64,000 bases of DNA from positions 7,502,001 through 7,566,000 of the forward strand of contig OZ024748.1 of assembly GCA_964016885.1 (NCBI GenBank), in the 5' to 3' direction. The notes beneath the pieces are model-generated. The model saw nothing but the letters and a program-made list of their open reading frames with translations. It had not been told where the DNA came from and did no database searches. This DNA comes from Eledone cirrhosa. Lineage: Eukaryota. The position numbers and the translations under genes were made by a program. Below are positions 61,534 to 64,000 of the stretch, in pieces (the stretch's first letter is position 1; every line of letters begins with the position of its first letter).

Positions 61534-62007
61534 TCACGTCATCGACGTAGGCCGACACCGCTTTCCGCAATCACAGTTCCAAGGGGATGCCCGCAGTAGT
61601 GGCTCGAGAGCCAGCACATACAGAAGGGAGGGGAGAGGGCATCCCTGTCGGATGGATCGCATGATTTGGAACGGCTCCGAGAGGTAGCCGTTCACCTTGA
61701 CCCTCGAGAAGGAGTTGCTGCTGTGCATTGCAGCAATCCAGCCCCTGAACACGGGTCCGAAGCCTGCCGCCGCGAGCACCGCATCCAGGTACCGATGGTC
61801 AACCCTCTCGAACGCCTTAGATTGATACAAGTTGATCATGGCCCCACCAAAGCCGGGTTCGTTCACTACCCTCTCTACGATGTATCGCATGAGGTGGAGG
61901 TTGTGTATGGACCTGGATGTGATTGCGTATGTCTGCGCTTCTCCCACCAGGTTCCCGACGACAAGCGCCAACCTCTTCGCTAACACCTTGGCTAAAATCT
62001 TTAACAC
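61534..62007 (-). pseudogene. Reverse transcriptase fragment of the Tx1-like LINE
   Basis: KILAKVLAKRL...KAFERVDHRYL...SIRQGCPLPSLLYVLALEPLL. Confidence 0.9.
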
Positions 62008-62804
62008 TGTGTTAAGCTAATCCGCTTACTGTAAGCTTTGTTTGTCGGTAAGGACAAGTTTAGCTTCCAGTAACCGGGTCCTTGTCTATGGGTTCTATCA
62101 AGGTTGACCACTCCGGTCACCAAATTGTGATCCGAATAGTCAACCATGAACATTCGTGAACAGCTTAATATGTCCCTATCCTTATTTCTAACTAGGAACC
62201 TATCTAGGTACGACCTAGATGTTCCGCTGAGATTAGTCCACGTCCACAGTGGCACAGTCGGAAAATCTAGTCGATATCTATCGGCCAGATCAAATCGGCC
62301 GATTAACCGTTTGAGGCTGTTACACTCCCCCCCCCCCTCTATCGGGACATGCCCCTACATAGTCCCAACGTGCATCCAGGATACCATTCCACTAAAAGCA
62401 AGGAGCGAGACGTTCCCAGAAAAGTCTCTAGGCGTCGGAAGAAGTCCGTTGCGGTCTCCCAGATGGGGCATACGCTGCCACCAGTCTGAAGGTTCCACCT
62501 TCACTACTGCCGACGTCTAGAATCAACCAGTCGACCCTCCGGGTCCAGGTGTACCTTCTTTGTGGCAAGACCCAGGTGTTTTCGCAGCAGAACGACAACC
62601 CCCCCCCCCCGGCCGACAGAGAGATGCGTAGATCTCAAAGTCGTCGAGGATGGGGGTCAGTTGGCGCTCGCTGCTGATCCTGGACTCGCAAATAGCCATT
62701 ACATCCACTCTGTGTGACCTGAGGTCATTTAAGAGTTTGCCCTGTTTCCAGGACATCCCCAACAAGCCGCGTGCATTCACACATCCAACTCTTATATTGG
62801 CCAT
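62001..62804 (-). pseudogene. AP endonuclease domain fragments of the Tx1-like LINE
   Basis: MANIRVGCVNARGL...DVMAICES and WTWTN...SRSYLDRFLV...SDHNLV...GPGYWKLN, split across frames. Confidence 0.85.
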
Positions 62805-63819
62805 GTTGATGCTGAAGAGATAAAAGGAAGAGGAAAGGAAATTATTTACCTCTTCTGGGGGTGTTGGAAGGGTTGTTTGTTGGAGTGTTGGTTTGTGGTG
62901 GGGTGAGGACATCAGTGTGTGTTGGGGTTGGGATGTTTGGTGGGGTGTGGGTGTCTGGTGTGGGGGTGGGGAAACATCTCAATAGGACGTGGTTAAGTGG
63001 TTTGGTGCAGGTGGGCCCCACATCCATTGGATGGTTCTTTTTCAGTGTTATATAGGTTTCCGTTGGGACCCTAATCATCATTAGGTGCGGTTTGCCCGCT
63101 GCGTAGTTGAAAGTGATCCCTTCGGTTTCCACCGAAGGGTTATTGTCTATTGTTTTCATCAAAGTTTTATTGTCCTTGTTAATGTATGTATAGTGTTTTG
63201 TGTTTGTTTTTGTTTGTTGTTCTTGTGCGTGTTTGCGTTTTGTAGTATGTGTTATGTTTTCGGGAGGGGTGGGTTTTTTTGTTTGTGATGTTTGTGATGT
63301 TTGTGCTGGTGGTTGTGTGTTTGTTGCATTTTTGTTAATGTGGTGCCTTTTTTTTTCCTTTTCACCTGTTGGAAGGGTTCTCCCTCGTCGTCACTGGGTG
63401 ACGTTGATACGGAGTCCTCTTCCGTGTTGTTGGGGATGTGTATATTTTGGGGTTTATAGCGTAAATATTTTAGCATTCCACGAACGGACTCGTATAACTA
63501 TAAGAATAATGTAAAATCTCCCAGGGAGAGTCAGCTACAGTCAGTTTGAGGAGGACACAAGGCAAGAATTAAACCTCCGACCGAAAGCCGAGTATTAATC
63601 TAACCAGTAAGCCAGGTTGTTTCACATGTGTGTGTGACAGCTCACACCTATGTGTGTGTGTGTGACAGCTCACACCTATGTGTGTGTGTGTGACAGCCCA
63701 CCCCTATGTGTGTGTGTGTGAAAGCTCACACCTATGCAGGTTTAGCAGACCTCCTCCAAGGTATATCTCGTTGGAGGTGTCTTTGGTGATTTAATGATAG
63801 GGACCCCAGTCCTATCATC

Positions 63820-63955
63820 TCATTTCTACAGCTGAGTAAACTGGAGCAACGTGAAATAAAGTGTCTTGCTCAAGGACACAACGCATCACCCGGTCCGAGA
63901 ACTGAACTCGTAACCTCACGATTGCGAATCCAGCCCGCTAACTACTAAGCCACGC
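63820..63955 (-). mobile_element. SINE family 2
   Basis: ctggagcaacgtgaaataaagtgtcttgctcaaggacacaac...taactactaagccac. Confidence 0.75.
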
Positions 63956-64000
63956 ATTCGTATGTGTGTGTGTGACAGTTCACACCTATGTAGGTTTAAC

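Larger units (their letters stand above)
60598..63610 (-). mobile_element. Near-full-length decayed Tx1/L1-clade LINE (ORF1 remnants, APE endonuclease, RT, C-terminal region)
   Basis: APE motifs MANIRVGCVNARGL, SYLDRFLV and SDH..V..GPGYWKLN. RT motifs KILAKVLAKRL, KAFERVDH and IRQGCPL. The C-terminus and 3' UTR are homologous to the 8-9 kb copies. Many frameshifts and deletions; the 5' boundary is approximate. Confidence 0.88.

Overview
This is eukaryotic, AT-rich and extremely microsatellite-dense DNA with a 200-N assembly gap. The SINE and microsatellite content suggests an octopod cephalopod (inference). Nearly all ORFs in the supplied track are translations of simple repeats. The real coding signal is transposon-derived: Tx1/L1-clade LINE remnants (two tandem 3' fragments and one near-full-length decayed copy), RTE-clade LINE 3' ends, and a Penelope-type GIY-YIG endonuclease remnant. 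There are also many copies of two tRNA-derived SINE families and possibly several small exons of a minus-strand host transcript. The main hidden system is about 18 type-I hammerhead-ribozyme (HHR) motifs from several families. They sit in short islands embedded in (TA)n and are often folded into inverted duplications. One family is linked by sequence to the GIY-YIG remnant, one carries a fixed non-canonical core (CAGAAGA), and one insertion is present in only one of two duplicated segments flanking the gap. All structures were read by eye; no folding or database search was run.
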